DNA from: Naegleria gruberi
Taxonomy: Eukaryota
Length of the DNA stretch: 9,450 nt
Reading direction: 5' to 3' (one strand)
NCBI GenBank assembly: GCA_000004985.1
Contig: GG739037.1
Each line of letters begins with the position of its first letter. Within the stretch, counting starts at the first letter, position 1. Positions 8,094-9,450 of this stretch are shown here, in pieces. A program made the translations under genes and the position numbers. Under the pieces are notes generated by a model, which saw nothing but the letters and a program-made list of their open reading frames with translations, did not search any database and was not told where the DNA came from.

Positions 8094-8624
8094 CCCAAGG
8101 TCCTTAGTGGAATATTAAGGATTTTTTTATTGTTGGAAAAATTTCTACAGATTCATTCTATATCACTGGAGCTTTTTGGTCGTGTTTTTACACCTATTTA
8201 CCACTTTCCTTAATTGTGCTCCCTCTGGAATTGTTCTTCAATTCCTAAAAATTACACTACATACCCGTAGATGGTATAGTACCATCCATTGAAGTCACGT
8301 GGACACGCACCTTTTCAAAAAACCAACATTATTAATAATGTATCTCCCTTATCATAATACCTAACTCTTGGAGAGATAGATCAAGAAAATTTGGAGAATA
8401 TAATGTGATCAAATCTCATTTTAGTGAGTCAACCAAATACCAAACATTTAAGGGAAAAGAGAGAGATGAATAATTTTTCCTTTTCAACTTTAATTCATAT
8501 TGTTTCCATCCTCTTCTTGACTTTTAACAAATCAATTCAAACAATTTTCAAGGCACTAGGAATTAGATTATCAAGTTTTTCAAATACTTCGCAAAGTCTT
8601 TAGAGATTTGATTGGGAAAAAGAT

Positions 8625-8644
8625 ATTTGAATTTATTTGAATTT
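8625..8644. repeat. Perfect tandem duplication of the 10-mer atttgaattt (x2) in an intergenic spacer
   Basis: The copies at 8625-8634 and 8635-8644 are identical. Confidence 0.5.
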
Positions 8645-8954
8645 TTAAAGTCAGGTATGAGATTTAAAACATACGCAGGAAATTGTATGGCCAATGAAAC
8701 AACCAATTTAACGAATATCAATTAAGGAAAGTGTTATTCAAAACAAATATTGCGCGAAATGAACCTCTCAGAAAATCAGCCAAAAAAACTTGCAGATTCT
8801 CTTCTATACCAACGTGTCAAATACCTTAATTGGACCCATATGCAAAAAAGAGCAATTATATCGAAATAATTTATTGTTGCTTGGATTCTTCCAAGTGATG
8901 CTAATGGTTTAATCACCACAAATTTGCCATCCACGAGGATCTCACTGGAAAACA

Positions 8955-8960
8955 TTTATT
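8955..8960 (-). promoter_or_regulatory. AATAAA poly(A) signal (minus strand) for the cysteine protease gene
   Basis: The plus-strand tttatt at 8955-8960 equals minus-strand aataaa. It lies 16 nt downstream of the minus-strand TAA stop at 8976-8978. Confidence 0.4.
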
Positions 8961-8975
8961 GCTATTCTAACAATA

Positions 8976-9450
8976 TTAAAGTTGTGGTAATGCTGCATGA
9001 GTTTGACCACCAATGGCGACTTCACCCATTCTAATTCTGTGAAATGTTAAACATTCAAATCGTTCAAAAAACAAACTTACTTGAAATATCCCTACATTAT
9101 TGAAATTGATAAGGCTAAAAGTTAATAATGCATTACTTACATTTAATCCCCAAGTTTCTCCCCAACCTATCAAGCAAATTGTAAAATCATTTAGGATGCA
9201 AAAAACTAGTTAATTAACTTACTGTTAACTCCAATCCAATAAGATTCTCCCTTCTCTTTTCCCCAACCAATTAATTGCACAGCATGAATTCCAACAAGTG
9301 TATCCGAATTCCTTGTGTAGATACCACTTTCATAGGTCAAAAAGTCACGAAGGGCAATCATGATGGTGTGGACACTGCCCTCATTCATGATTGATCTCTT
9401 GATTTCCATTTCTCCTTGCAATTGCTTGAAACTTCCTGNGTTTAGTTTTG
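8976..9450 (-). CDS. Papain-family (C1A) cysteine protease, 3' half of gene; 5' end beyond window. Exons (minus strand): 9450-9223, 9166-9141, 9091-9081 (11-nt micro-exon), 9036-8976 including stop
   Basis: Exon 1 translates to ...KLNxGSFKQLQGEMEIKRSIMNEGSVHTIMIALRDFLTYESGIYTRNSDTLVGIHAVQLIGWGKEKGESYWIGVNS. This carries the catalytic His context (HAV..GWG) and the YWIVKNSWG-like block. A GTAAGT donor after GTTAACA, a 56-nt intron and an ...gatAG acceptor restore the Asn-Ser-Trp-Gly active-site Asn motif: NSWGETWGLN. A second GTAAGT donor, a 49-nt intron ending tgtAG and the micro-exon GGATATTTCAA follow. A third GTAAGT donor, a 44-nt intron with a ttaac branch-like motif and a cacAG acceptor lead into the last exon. 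Together they give GYFKIRMGEVAIGGQTHAALPQL*, matching the papain/cathepsin C-terminal GYFRIxRG pattern. All junctions keep the frame. Confidence 0.8.

Noticed and set aside
8296-8301. A CACGTG E-box palindrome about 200 nt upstream of the Ser/Pro-rich gene ATG.
   Set aside because: A single 6-bp palindrome is expected by chance in a 9-kb window and has no supporting context.
8976-9173. A 65-aa ORF on the minus strand starting MIGWGETWG..., as listed in the track.
   Set aside because: It is not an independent gene. Its 5' part is exon 2 of the protease read in frame, while the rest reads through introns 2-3 in a different phase. The spliced model explains it.
1-9450. Prokaryotic-style interpretation (operon, RBS, defence-system hunt).
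   Set aside because: GT-AG introns with GTAAGT donors, a Pol III 5S unit, AATAAA hexamers at gene ends and low-complexity proteins show this is eukaryotic nuclear DNA. No prokaryotic system is present.

Overview
This is eukaryotic nuclear DNA, not prokaryotic. It is AT-rich (roughly one-third GC by eye) and contains one solitary 119-nt 5S rRNA gene with a Pol III T-run. Reading both strands gives six protein-coding units. (1) A 5'-truncated fatty-acid-hydroxylase-superfamily oxidase (sterol desaturase / C-4 methylsterol oxidase-like) runs off the left edge. (2) An intron-less 341-aa microbial-type class I terpene synthase carries intact DDxxD, NSE/DTE and RY motifs. (3) and (4) Two ORF fragments flank a 3,684-nt run of N (assembly gap, 2736-6419). 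(5) A 300-aa Ser/Pro-rich low-complexity protein lies on the minus strand. (6) A papain-family (C1A) cysteine protease on the minus strand is interrupted by three very short GT-AG introns (56, 49 and 44 nt), includes an 11-nt micro-exon, and runs off the right edge. AATAAA-type poly(A) signals sit 0-20 nt from the stop codons. Short GTAAGT-donor introns, compact intergenic spacers and S/P/Q-rich low-complexity coding sequence suggest a protist such as a dictyostelid-like amoebozoan, but the taxon cannot be fixed from sequence alone. The most interesting content is the microbial-type terpene cyclase. Its only notable neighbour is the truncated hydroxylase-family oxidase two genes away, with the 5S gene inserted between them.
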